Origin: Actinomycetota bacterium
GTDB taxonomy: Bacteria > Actinomycetota > Acidimicrobiia > IMCC26256 > PALSA-555
DNA length: 64,000 nucleotides
Direction of reading: 5' to 3'
Assembly: GCA_016870245.1 (NCBI GenBank)
Contig: VGCA01000001.1
Span: forward strand, 8,905-72,904
The notes beneath the pieces are model-generated. The model was given only the letters and a program-made list of their open reading frames with translations, did no database searches and was not told the DNA's origin. This document shows, piece after piece, positions 38,101 through 46,638 of this stretch. Made by a program: the position numbers and the translations under genes. Numbering within the stretch: the stretch's first letter is position 1; each line of letters starts with the position of its first letter.

Positions 38101-38408
38101 GTCTGCGGGGGTGCCTGCTTCGGGGCCGGGGTGTCGACCTCGATCCCGGTGAGCCGGGACCAGGCGATGACGAGCCGGTGGTGGTCGGCCTCGGCGTCGG
38201 CCAGGACCTGGGCGCGCTCGGGCCCCTGCAGGCGCCGGGCCGCGTTGAGGTGCTGGTCGGCCGCCCGGATCAGGGCGTTGAGGACGGTCGTCCAGCGGGT
38301 CCGGTCGGCCTCGAGCGTGGCGAGCTGCTCGGGGGTGGCGAAGCCGGCGGCCTCGTCCTCCACTGCGAGCTCGAACTGCCACGCCGGGACGGGCGCGGAT
38401 GTGGTCAT
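35157..38408 (-). CDS. SNF2-family helicase with a long N-terminal accessory domain (HelZ-like)
   Basis: Part of ORF 35157..38582. ATG at 38408 ([10 protein letters not shown]...) is preferred over the P/R-rich extension. [42 protein letters not shown] and the helicase-C motif [22 protein letters not shown]. Confidence 0.9.
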   Translation of the reverse strand: [1083 protein letters not shown]

Positions 38409-38631
38409 CGGTGCATCGAGTCTTCCGATTGCGTCCGCTCGCGCCGGGCGAGCGGGTCTGGAAGGCACCGGAGTGCCCTCGGAAACAGCCCCGGGGTTGT
38501 CAGCCGGCTGCGCCGGTCGGCCGGTGGCGGGAGACCCGCTGCGGCCTGGGGCCCGGCCCACCAGTGGTGGGCGCACCTCCACAGTAGCCGTTCGGCGCCC
38601 CGGGAGCGGTTCCCCGGGCCCGCCGGAGCGG

Positions 38632-39141
38632 TCAGCGGCCGAGGAGGCCTCGCACGTAGGCGGCCTGGCCGCAGTGCTGGAGGCTGTCGTCGGCGATGCT
38701 CACGAGCCGCACGCCGAGGGTGACGGGCGGGTCCCACCGACGGTCGACGATCTCGTCGAGCGCGTCGGCGGTGAGGCCGGCGAGGTACGTGCGGGTCCGG
38801 GCGTCGACCGCGGCGTGATAGTCGAGCAGCGCGTCGACCGACTCGGGCCGTACCCGGGCCACGTCGGCCGACGAGTGCCCGTAGCCGATGTCGTGCGCGT
38901 CGGCCGGGGAGCCGAACCGTTCGGGCCGGCCCGAGCCGTCGAGGTAGATCTGGTCGGCTCCGAGCAGCTCCGACACGTGGTGGTCCTGCACCCGGGTGAG
39001 GTGCCAGACCAGCCACCCGATCGGGTTGGCGTCGGGCGTCACCCGTGCCGTCAGCGCGTCGGGGTCGAGCCCGTCGAGCGTCTCCTCCACCAACGGTGGG
39101 ATCCGCCCGTACAGCTCCAGGTACACCGCCGCCACGTCCAT
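38632..39141 (-). CDS. DinB-family (DUF664 / mycothiol-transferase-like) protein
   Basis: C-terminal part of ORF 38632..40140, ATG at 39141. IGWLVWHLTRVQDHH and a four-helix DinB-like His pattern. Confidence 0.75.
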   Translation of the reverse strand: MDVAAVYLELYGRIPPLVEETLDGLDPDALTARVTPDANPIGWLVWHLTRVQDHHVSELLGADQIYLDGSGRPERFGSPADAHDIGYGHSSADVARVRPESVDALLDYHAAVDARTRTYLAGLTADALDEIVDRRWDPPVTLGVRLVSIADDSLQHCGQAAYVRGLLGR

Positions 39142-39185
39142 CGCGTCATTGCAGCACACGCGAGGGAGCGCACGCTCGTGAGCAG

Positions 39186-40412
39186 TCAGGCCGTCGCTCG
39201 GCCGCGACGGGCACCGACCTCCTCGGCGACGTCGCGGTAGAGCGCGAGCAAGAGCAGGTCGTAGGTGATCTTCATCACCCCGGCGATGATCAGCGGCCAG
39301 CCGAACGTCGTGTGGGCGAGCAGCAGCCCGGCGAGCAGCGGCGTGAGGGCCGACGCGAGGCTGCGGGGCACGTTGGTGACGCTCGCGGCGGCCGCCCGCT
39401 CCTCCGGCGGCACCACCGCCATGACGAACGACTGGCGCGCCGGCACGTCGATCTGGGAGAGCAGGGCGCGGCACAGCAGCAACGCCACGGCGATCGCACC
39501 GTTCGGGGCGAACGCCGCGAGGATCAGGAAGATGCTCGCGGGGAGGTGGGTGAACACCATCGTGCGCACCAGGCCGAGCCGGCTCGCAAGCCTCGGCGCG
39601 AGGAGCTGCGAGCACCCGGCGAGCAGGCTCGCCGCGAAGAACACCACCGCCGTGGTGCCGGGCGAGAGGTCGAAGCGCAGGTGGAGCCACAGCACCAGCA
39701 GCGACGTGACGACGAACCCGCCGCCCGCCGAGTCGAGGCTGAACAGCGCGGAGAGCTCGAGCACTGTGCGCCTCGACGTGGCCAGGGCCCGGGTCGGGCG
39801 ACCGCGCGGCAGGTCCGGCGCGGTATCGCGGTGGTCGCGGAGGCCCAGGTAGAGGACGAGGACGACGATGCCGGCCGCGGCGTAGAGCAGGAAGCTCCAC
39901 CGCTGGGTGACGGCGACGTCCCACCCCTGGTTGCGGGCGACCCGCGCCGGGAATCCCGACGCCAGCGCGCCCACGGCGCCGGCGAGCACCGCGCCGAGGT
40001 TGTAGCGGGCGAAGGTGTGCGGGCGGCGGGTTGCGTCGGTCTGCGCGGCGACCATCGCCTGCTCGGTGGGGAGGAACACGCTCACGTCCCCCGACGACGG
40101 GTTGAGCGTGCCCACGAACCCGAGCACGAGCAGCGCCCACAGCCAGGTGGTGCTCGCAAAGCCCACGCCGGTGACGACCATGATCACCGCGGCGACGAGG
40201 AGCAGGGTGCGCAGCGCGGCACGGTGGCCGATCAGCCCGAAACCGAGGGTGAGCGCCGCCGACCCGAGCAGCGTGGCGGTGACCACCGCACCCACCTCGG
40301 TGGGGGTGAAGCCGAGGTCGGTGAGGTACTGCGCGAGCAGCACGCTCACGAACCCGTCGGCGAAGCCGCGGACCGCGCGGCCGGTGACGACCCGGCGGAT
40401 GTCGGGGGTCAT
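39186..40412 (-). CDS. MFS transporter
   Basis: ORF 39186..40412, 408 aa. About 12 hydrophobic segments with a typical MFS layout. Confidence 0.85.
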   Translation of the reverse strand: MTPDIRRVVTGRAVRGFADGFVSVLLAQYLTDLGFTPTEVGAVVTATLLGSAALTLGFGLIGHRAALRTLLLVAAVIMVVTGVGFASTTWLWALLVLGFVGTLNPSSGDVSVFLPTEQAMVAAQTDATRRPHTFARYNLGAVLAGAVGALASGFPARVARNQGWDVAVTQRWSFLLYAAAGIVVLVLYLGLRDHRDTAPDLPRGRPTRALATSRRTVLELSALFSLDSAGGGFVVTSLLVLWLHLRFDLSPGTTAVVFFAASLLAGCSQLLAPRLASRLGLVRTMVFTHLPASIFLILAAFAPNGAIAVALLLCRALLSQIDVPARQSFVMAVVPPEERAAAASVTNVPRSLASALTPLLAGLLLAHTTFGWPLIIAGVMKITYDLLLLALYRDVAEEVGARRGRATA

Positions 40413-40452
40413 GCGGCCGCGGTCCGGGCTCTGGGCGGTTCCGCGGAACCGC

Positions 40453-41133
40453 CTACGACGACGACGTCTTCGGGAGCTTCGGGATCAGCCAGCCGAGGAA
40501 CGCGTCCTCGCTGCGGGTCTGGACGTAGATCCGGCCCGGGCCGGTGAGCTCGACCACGAGGCCCTCGCCGCCGAGGATCGTCGACTTCCAGTTGCCGGCC
40601 TTGCGGACGTTGTACTGGATGCCCTCGCCCCAGCCGACCATGTGCCCGGAGTCGACCGTGTAGACCTCGCCGGGCTGGAGGTCCTTGGCGACGATGGCGC
40701 CGTAGCTCGACACCACGAGCTGGCCCGTCCCCGTGCACTTGAGCATGAACAGGCCTTCTCGGCTGAAGAAGGTCTTCGCGCCGCCCCACTTGGTGTCGAT
40801 GTCGATCGTCTCGGCCGACGCGAGGTACGCACCGGACTGGAGGTAGATGGTCTGGTTCGCCATCTCCCAGGTGACGATGTCGCCCGGCAGCGTGGGGGCG
40901 AGCACCACGTGGGCGTCGGGGCCGGTCGCCTTGAAGGTGTTCATGAAGAACGACTCGCCGCCGAGCACCGAGCGCTTCAGGCCCTTCAGCACGCCGCCCT
41001 GGGTGCTCGTCTGGATCTCGATCCCGGGCGACATGGCCATCATCGCCCCGGCCTCGGCCTTCACCGACTCGCCCTGCTCGAGCGACACGGTCGCCATCGC
41101 GAACGCCGGGCTGTACGAGACTTCGGTCCTCAT
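40453..41133 (-). CDS. AIM24/TIGR00266-family (DUF124) protein
   Basis: Part of ORF 40453..41358. ATG at 41133 follows AGAGGAG. Motifs: GESVKAEAGAMMAMS, LGGESFF, LQSGAYLA. Confidence 0.8.
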   Translation of the reverse strand: MRTEVSYSPAFAMATVSLEQGESVKAEAGAMMAMSPGIEIQTSTQGGVLKGLKRSVLGGESFFMNTFKATGPDAHVVLAPTLPGDIVTWEMANQTIYLQSGAYLASAETIDIDTKWGGAKTFFSREGLFMLKCTGTGQLVVSSYGAIVAKDLQPGEVYTVDSGHMVGWGEGIQYNVRKAGNWKSTILGGEGLVVELTGPGRIYVQTRSEDAFLGWLIPKLPKTSSS

Positions 41134-41161
41134 CGGTGCTCCTCTGGGGTCGGGCTGCCTA

Positions 41162-41845
41162 GTGTCGGTGCCGGTGGGCAGCGCGCGCGATCTTGTCATC
41201 GCCGACCTCACGGCGGCGATCCTGGCCGTCGACCCGGCGGCGGAGCGCCGAACGCGCGTGTGCGTCGATGGCATCACCGCTGCGGGCAAGACCACGCTGG
41301 CCGACGAGGTCGGTGCCGCCGTGGCGACGGAGGGTCGCCCGGTGCTGCGGATCAGCATGGACGGGTTCCACCATCCGCGGGCCCACCGGTACCGCCAGGG
41401 ACGTGGCTCGGCCGACGGCTACTACGAGGACGCCTACGACCTCGACGCCCTGCGCGCGCTGGTGCTGGAGCCCCTCGGCCGAGGTGAGGCGCGGGTGCGC
41501 ACCGCGGTCATCGATCTCGCCGCCGACACGCCGGTGTCCGACGCCTGGGCCGAGCTGCCCCGAGGGGGCGTGCTCGTGGTCGACGGGACGTTCCTCGAGC
41601 GCGACGAGGTGGTCGACCACTGGGATCTGCGCATCTGCATCGAGCCTGCGTTCGCGGCAGCCCGAGCGCAGGGTGCCGCACGCGACGCCGAGCTGCTCGG
41701 CGGCGTCGACGCCGCGCAGCGGGCGTTCGACGACCGGTACCACAGGGCCTGCCGCCGCTACCTCGCCGAGGTCGATCCCGTCGCGCGCTGCGACGTCCTC
41801 GTCGACAACGCCGACCCGACCCGCCCGGCGATCCTCCGGCGCTGA
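41162..41845 (+). CDS. P-loop nucleoside/nucleotide kinase family protein (uridine-kinase-like)
   Basis: Part of ORF 40847..41845. GTG at 41162 (alternatives 41168 and 41174). Walker A GITAAGKTT. Confidence 0.7.
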   Translation: MSVPVGSARDLVIADLTAAILAVDPAAERRTRVCVDGITAAGKTTLADEVGAAVATEGRPVLRISMDGFHHPRAHRYRQGRGSADGYYEDAYDLDALRALVLEPLGRGEARVRTAVIDLAADTPVSDAWAELPRGGVLVVDGTFLERDEVVDHWDLRICIEPAFAAARAQGAARDAELLGGVDAAQRAFDDRYHRACRRYLAEVDPVARCDVLVDNADPTRPAILRR

Positions 41846-41848
41846 CGA

Positions 41849-43066
41849 CTACTTCGGGATGTCGCGGAAGGGGATGCCCTTGTCCACCCGGGGCTCCGAC
41901 GGGAGGCCGAGCACCTTCTCGCCGATCGTGTTGCGCTGGATCTGGTCGGTGCCGCCGCCGATCTTCGGGTTCCACTGACCGACGAAGTCCAGCTGCCACC
42001 GGCCGTCGTCGATCGCGCTCTCACCCCACAGCAGCGCGTCGGGGCCGAGCATCGCCATGAGCATGTCCGACTCGGCCGACAGGTGCTGCGAGAGGAACAA
42101 CTTGATGATCGAGCTCTCGGGGCCGGGCGCCACGCCCTTGGTGGCCGCGGTCTTCGCGCGGTAGCCGAGGTACTTCATGATCTGGTGACGGATGTAGCTC
42201 TGGGCCATGAGCTGACGCATGGTGGGGTCGTCGGCCACGCCCATGCGGCGGGCGAGGTCGACGGTGCCGGGGAACACCGCCCGGGGCGAGCCGCCGATGA
42301 GCGCCCGCTCGTTCGACAGCGTGGTCATCATCGGGCCCCAGCCGCCGTCGACCTCGCCGAGGACGTTCGCGTGCGGGATCCGCACGTCGGTGAAGAACAC
42401 CTCGTTGAAGTGCGCGGCGCCGGTGATCTGGCGCAGGGGCCGGCACTCGATCCCCGGCGTCTTCATGTCGACGAGGAAGTAGGTGATCCCCCGGTTCTTG
42501 GGGGCGTCGAGGTTGGAGCGGGTGAGCAGGATCCCGTAGTCGGAGTAGTGCGCGCCCGAGTTCCACACCTTCTGGCCGTTGACGACCCACTCGTCGCCGT
42601 CGCGCACCGCGCTGGTCGACAGGCCGCCGAGGTCGCTGCCCGCGTTCGGCTCGGAGAACAGCTGGCACCACACCTCGTCGCCCCGGAGCATCGGGTGGAG
42701 GTAGCGCTGCTTCTGCTCCTCGGTGCCGTGGGCCATGATCGTGGGTCCGGCCATGCCGATCCCGACCGCGAACACGCCCCACGCCGACAGGAGCTTCGCC
42801 TCCTCGCTGCGGAAGATGCCGTCCTGGGTCGGGGTGCCGCCGCGGCCGCCGTAGGTGGTCGGCCACGTGATGCCGGCCCAGGCGTGGTCGTACTTGTGGG
42901 CCTGCCACGCCTTCGACGCCGTGAGGTACCGGTGCTCCTCCTCCGGGTCGGAGATGTAGACGGAGACCTTGGCGCCCTCCGCCGCGAACGGCGGCGCGTG
43001 CTCCTCGAGCCAGGCCCGGGCCTCGGCCCGGAACGCGATCTCCTCGGGGGTCTCGTCGAAGTCCAT
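41849..43066 (-). CDS. Acyl-CoA dehydrogenase
   Basis: ORF 41849..43099. ATG at 43066 (MDFDETPEE) or 43099. CQLFSEPNAGSDLGG, VVNGQKVWNS, GGGTDQIQRNTIGEKVLGLP. Confidence 0.9.
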   Translation of the reverse strand: MDFDETPEEIAFRAEARAWLEEHAPPFAAEGAKVSVYISDPEEEHRYLTASKAWQAHKYDHAWAGITWPTTYGGRGGTPTQDGIFRSEEAKLLSAWGVFAVGIGMAGPTIMAHGTEEQKQRYLHPMLRGDEVWCQLFSEPNAGSDLGGLSTSAVRDGDEWVVNGQKVWNSGAHYSDYGILLTRSNLDAPKNRGITYFLVDMKTPGIECRPLRQITGAAHFNEVFFTDVRIPHANVLGEVDGGWGPMMTTLSNERALIGGSPRAVFPGTVDLARRMGVADDPTMRQLMAQSYIRHQIMKYLGYRAKTAATKGVAPGPESSIIKLFLSQHLSAESDMLMAMLGPDALLWGESAIDDGRWQLDFVGQWNPKIGGGTDQIQRNTIGEKVLGLPSEPRVDKGIPFRDIPK

Positions 43067-43088
43067 CGCCGCGATAGAACTCCCTCCG

Positions 43089-43856
43089 ATGAACGCCACG
43101 CCACTCGACCACGCCGCCTACTGCACCGCCGTCGACGACCGGATCGCGGCGCTCGCCGAGCTCCTCGACTCCGCCGACCTCGACCGGGCGGTGCCGACCA
43201 CGCCCGGGTGGGACGTCCAGGGGGTGGCCAAGCACGTGGGCGTGATCCACCGGTGGGCGGCGCAGATGGTGCGCGACGGGCTACAGGACCGGCTCGACTT
43301 CAAGCTGATCGAGGGCCGGGCGCCCGACGACGGGCAGACCTGGGCCGACTGGGTGCGGGCCGGCGGGGCGTACCTGGTGGGCCAGCTGCGCGACCACGCG
43401 CCGGCGACCCCGGTGTGGACGTGGGGCCCGGGCGGCACCGTCGGCTGGTGGGCCCGGCGGATGACCTACGAGACCTTCGTGCACGGCGCCGACGTCGCGC
43501 TCGCGGTCGGCGTCGCGCCGACGCTGGCGCCCGACCTGGCCATCGACGGGATCGACGAGTTCCTGGAGAACCTGCCCGGTGCCGCGTCGTTCGCGCCTGC
43601 GGTGGCGGAGCTGCGGGGCGAGGGCGAGACGATCCACCTCCACGCCACCGACGCCGACGGCGAGTGGATGATCACGCTCACCGCCGACGGCTTCACGGTC
43701 GACCACGGGCACGGCAAGGGCGACGTCGCCGTGCGGGGGCCTGCGACCGATCTGCTGCTCCTGGTGTACGGCCGGCGCGCTGTGGGCGACGCAGGCATCG
43801 AGGTCTTCGGCGACCTCGCGTGCTACGAGCGCTGGCGCGCGCTCACCGCGATCTGA
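43089..43856 (+). CDS. Maleylpyruvate-isomerase-family mycothiol-dependent enzyme (TIGR03083-like)
   Basis: Part of ORF 42969..43856, ATG at 43089. N-terminal DinB_2-like region (GWDVQGVAKHVGVIHRW) and a C-terminal wHTH-less MDMPI_C-like region. Confidence 0.7.
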   Translation: MNATPLDHAAYCTAVDDRIAALAELLDSADLDRAVPTTPGWDVQGVAKHVGVIHRWAAQMVRDGLQDRLDFKLIEGRAPDDGQTWADWVRAGGAYLVGQLRDHAPATPVWTWGPGGTVGWWARRMTYETFVHGADVALAVGVAPTLAPDLAIDGIDEFLENLPGAASFAPAVAELRGEGETIHLHATDADGEWMITLTADGFTVDHGHGKGDVAVRGPATDLLLLVYGRRAVGDAGIEVFGDLACYERWRALTAI

Positions 43857-43887
43857 TCTCGCTGATCGCGCGGACCGGACTGCCGGG

Positions 43888-44727
43888 TCAGGTGCCGGTC
43901 CACTGCGGCGGGCGCTTCTCCACGAAGGCGCGCATGCCCTCCTTGGCGTCGGCGCTCTGCGTCACCCGTCCCGTGTACTCGTTCTCGATCGGGCGGGCCT
44001 CGGTCTCGGGGAGCCAGCCGGTCTCGATCGCCGACGCCTTGGTGGCCGCCACCGAGATCGGCGCCGCCGCGGCGACCTGCTCGGCGATCTCGAGCGCCTT
44101 CGCCACGCCTTCGCCCGTGGGCACCACGTGGGTGACGAGGCCCCAGCGCAGCGCCTCCTCGGCGTCGAGGATGCGGCCGGTGAGCAGCATCTCCATCGCG
44201 ACCGCGTAGGGGATCTGGCGCTTCAAGCGCATCGTCGACCCCGCGCCCGCGATCAGCCCGCGCTTGACCTCCGGCACGCCGAAGCGGGCGTGCTCCTCGG
44301 CGATGCGGATGTCGGTCTGCTGCAGCATCTCGCACCCACCGCCCATGCAGTCGCCGTTGACCGCGGCGATGACGGGCACCCGCAGGTAGTCGAGCAGCAG
44401 GAGGCCCCGGGCGATGAGCGCGGGGTTCTCGATCGCCCGGCGCTCGTGCTCCGGCGGCTCTTCGGACCGGCCGCCGGCCATCCAACCCGACGACAGGTCG
44501 CCGCCCACGCAGTAGTGGCCTCCGGTACCGGTGAGGATCGCGCTGCGGACGGTGGGGTCGGCCTCCACGGCGTCCCACGCGTCGGCGAGGCGTACGAGCA
44601 TGTCGAGCGACAGCGCGTTGCGGCGCGCCGGGCGGTTCATGGTGAGCACGACCGTCGAGTCGTGACGCTCGACCAGGAGGCTGGGGGCGTCGGGCGGGGC
44701 GGTGTCGGAGCGCGGCGAGTCGGTCAC
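43888..44727 (-). CDS. Enoyl-CoA hydratase/isomerase (crotonase) family
   Basis: ORF 43888..44727. MNRPARRNAL, AAVNGDCMGGGCEM, FGVPEVKRGL. Confidence 0.9.
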   Translation of the reverse strand: MTDSPRSDTAPPDAPSLLVERHDSTVVLTMNRPARRNALSLDMLVRLADAWDAVEADPTVRSAILTGTGGHYCVGGDLSSGWMAGGRSEEPPEHERRAIENPALIARGLLLLDYLRVPVIAAVNGDCMGGGCEMLQQTDIRIAEEHARFGVPEVKRGLIAGAGSTMRLKRQIPYAVAMEMLLTGRILDAEEALRWGLVTHVVPTGEGVAKALEIAEQVAAAAPISVAATKASAIETGWLPETEARPIENEYTGRVTQSADAKEGMRAFVEKRPPQWTGT

Positions 44728-44760
44728 TCGGGGATTCTGGCCGATCCCGTCGGCGGGGTG

Positions 44761-45981
44761 TCAGTCCCGGACGGGGGTGAACACCACCGGGATCCGCTCG
44801 ATGGCCAGCACGAGGGCGTTGTCGGCCCGGTGGAGGGCGTCGGGGTCGACGGCCCGGATGTCGCGCAGGCGGGCGAACAGCTCCTCGAAGACGATCTTCA
44901 CCTCGAGCCGCGCCAGGTTGGCGCCCAGGCAGTAGTGGGGCCCGAAGCCGAACGCGAGGTGCGGGTTGGGGTTGCGGTCGATCCGGAGCCGGTCGGCGTC
45001 GGCGAACACCGACTCGTCGCGGTTGGCCGACTGGTAGAGCATCAGGACCTTGTCGCCCTCCTTGAGCTCTTTGCCGCACAGCTCGTGGTCGGTGGTGACG
45101 GTGCGGCTGAAGCTCAGCACCGGCGACACGTAGCGCACGATCTCCTCCACCGCGGTGTCGATCATCTCGGGGTTGGCGATGAGCCGGTCGCGCTCCTCGG
45201 GGAAGCGGCTGAACGCGAGGAGTCCGCCGCTGATCGCGTTGCGCGTGGTCTCGTTGCCGGCGACCAGCAGCGCGATCAGGAAGATGATCAAGTCGTCGAC
45301 CTCGAGCTCGCCCATGCGCTCGAGCGTGGTGCCCGAGCCGGTGTCGAGGGTTCCCTCGTCGAACGCCCCGGTGAGGACGCTGATGAGGTCCTCGCTCGGG
45401 TTGGCCCGGCGCTCCTCGATCAGCGGGAGGATGTACTCCACGTACTCCAGCGCTGCCTGCGCGGAATGCTGCGACGCGGGGTCGTCGGGCCCGCGGCCCT
45501 CGCCCGCCATCATGTCGTCGCTCCACCGGTGGAGCTGCTTGCGCATCGACGGGTCGAGGCCCATGAGCTCGGCGATGACGATCAGCGGGACGTGGATCGC
45601 GAAGTCGGAGACGAAGTCGATCTCGCCGCGATTCTGGATCTCGTCGAGGATCTCGTCGGTGATCTCGCGGATGTGCGGCGCGAGCCGCCGTACCTGGCGG
45701 GGCGTGAAGCCGCGGTTGACGATGCCGCGCTGCTGTTGGTGCTCGGGGTCGTCCATCGTGAGGATCGACAACGGCGCCGCCGCCTTCGGCCGCACGCCGT
45801 GCTTCGAGCAGTAGAGCTCGGGGTGGCGCGACACGTGGCTGACCTCGGCGTGGCGGCTGAGGATCCAGCAGCCGGCCTCCTCGCTCCAGTGCACGGGGTC
45901 GTGCTCCCGGAGCCAGCGGTACGCCTCCCACGGGTCGTCGAAGGAACGGCCCCGGGTGAAGTCGGGGATGGTGACGGTCAT
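44761..45981 (-). CDS. Cytochrome P450
   Basis: ORF 44761..45981. FGFGPHYCLGANLA heme loop, EEIVRY ExxR and AGNETT I-helix. Confidence 0.95.
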   Translation of the reverse strand: MTVTIPDFTRGRSFDDPWEAYRWLREHDPVHWSEEAGCWILSRHAEVSHVSRHPELYCSKHGVRPKAAAPLSILTMDDPEHQQQRGIVNRGFTPRQVRRLAPHIREITDEILDEIQNRGEIDFVSDFAIHVPLIVIAELMGLDPSMRKQLHRWSDDMMAGEGRGPDDPASQHSAQAALEYVEYILPLIEERRANPSEDLISVLTGAFDEGTLDTGSGTTLERMGELEVDDLIIFLIALLVAGNETTRNAISGGLLAFSRFPEERDRLIANPEMIDTAVEEIVRYVSPVLSFSRTVTTDHELCGKELKEGDKVLMLYQSANRDESVFADADRLRIDRNPNPHLAFGFGPHYCLGANLARLEVKIVFEELFARLRDIRAVDPDALHRADNALVLAIERIPVVFTPVRD

Positions 45982-46082
45982 CGGGAACCTCCGGCCGGGG
46001 GGATGGCTGTGCGCATTCTGGGAGCCGGGCGGGAGCCGTCCCCAGGGCCGAAGGTCCCGACGTCGTCGGATAGCGTGCGGGC

Positions 46083-46601
46083 ATGAGACGCGTCGCGGCG
46101 ATCGCGCTCCTCCTCGTGGCCTTCGGCGCCGTGCTCGCTCCGCCGGCGGTCGCCAAGAAGAAGAAGCCCGACACCTGCGACCTCCTCACGAAGAAGCAGG
46201 TGTCGAAGTTCCTCGGGTTCAAGGTCGTGGAGACCGGGCTCGAGAAGGAGCGGTCGACGGGCGCCGAGCAGTGCGAGTACCGCACCGCGAAGTACTGGAC
46301 CGAGAGCCTCGAGAACCTCGACGCGCCGCTGAAGATGCAGGTGACGACCCAGCCGCTCACCCCCGAGGTGGAGGCCAGCCTCGCCGCGCTCGAGGCCGAG
46401 GACGGGGCCGAGACGGTCACCGGGTTGGGCGACCGGGCCTTCTACACCGACGGCAACGACCTGATCGCGGTCGTCGGACCGCTGGTGATCCAGGTCGAGG
46501 TCACGAACGTCCAGTGGTCGGGCGACGAGTTGCAGCGGTACATCCTCGGCCCGGAGCGTGACGCGATGGAAGTGCTGGTCGCGCTCTTCGAGGACGTCTG
46601 A
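46083..46601 (+). CDS. Secreted hypothetical protein
   Basis: ORF 46083..46601. Signal peptide MRRVAAIALLLVAFGAVLAPPAVA followed by KKKKPDTCDLLTKKQV. It is possibly DUF3558-like. Confidence 0.7.
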   Translation: MRRVAAIALLLVAFGAVLAPPAVAKKKKPDTCDLLTKKQVSKFLGFKVVETGLEKERSTGAEQCEYRTAKYWTESLENLDAPLKMQVTTQPLTPEVEASLAALEAEDGAETVTGLGDRAFYTDGNDLIAVVGPLVIQVEVTNVQWSGDELQRYILGPERDAMEVLVALFEDV

Positions 46602-46638
46602 CCCGCGCGCGACGCCGCGCCGGGCTGCCGACCGGGGC

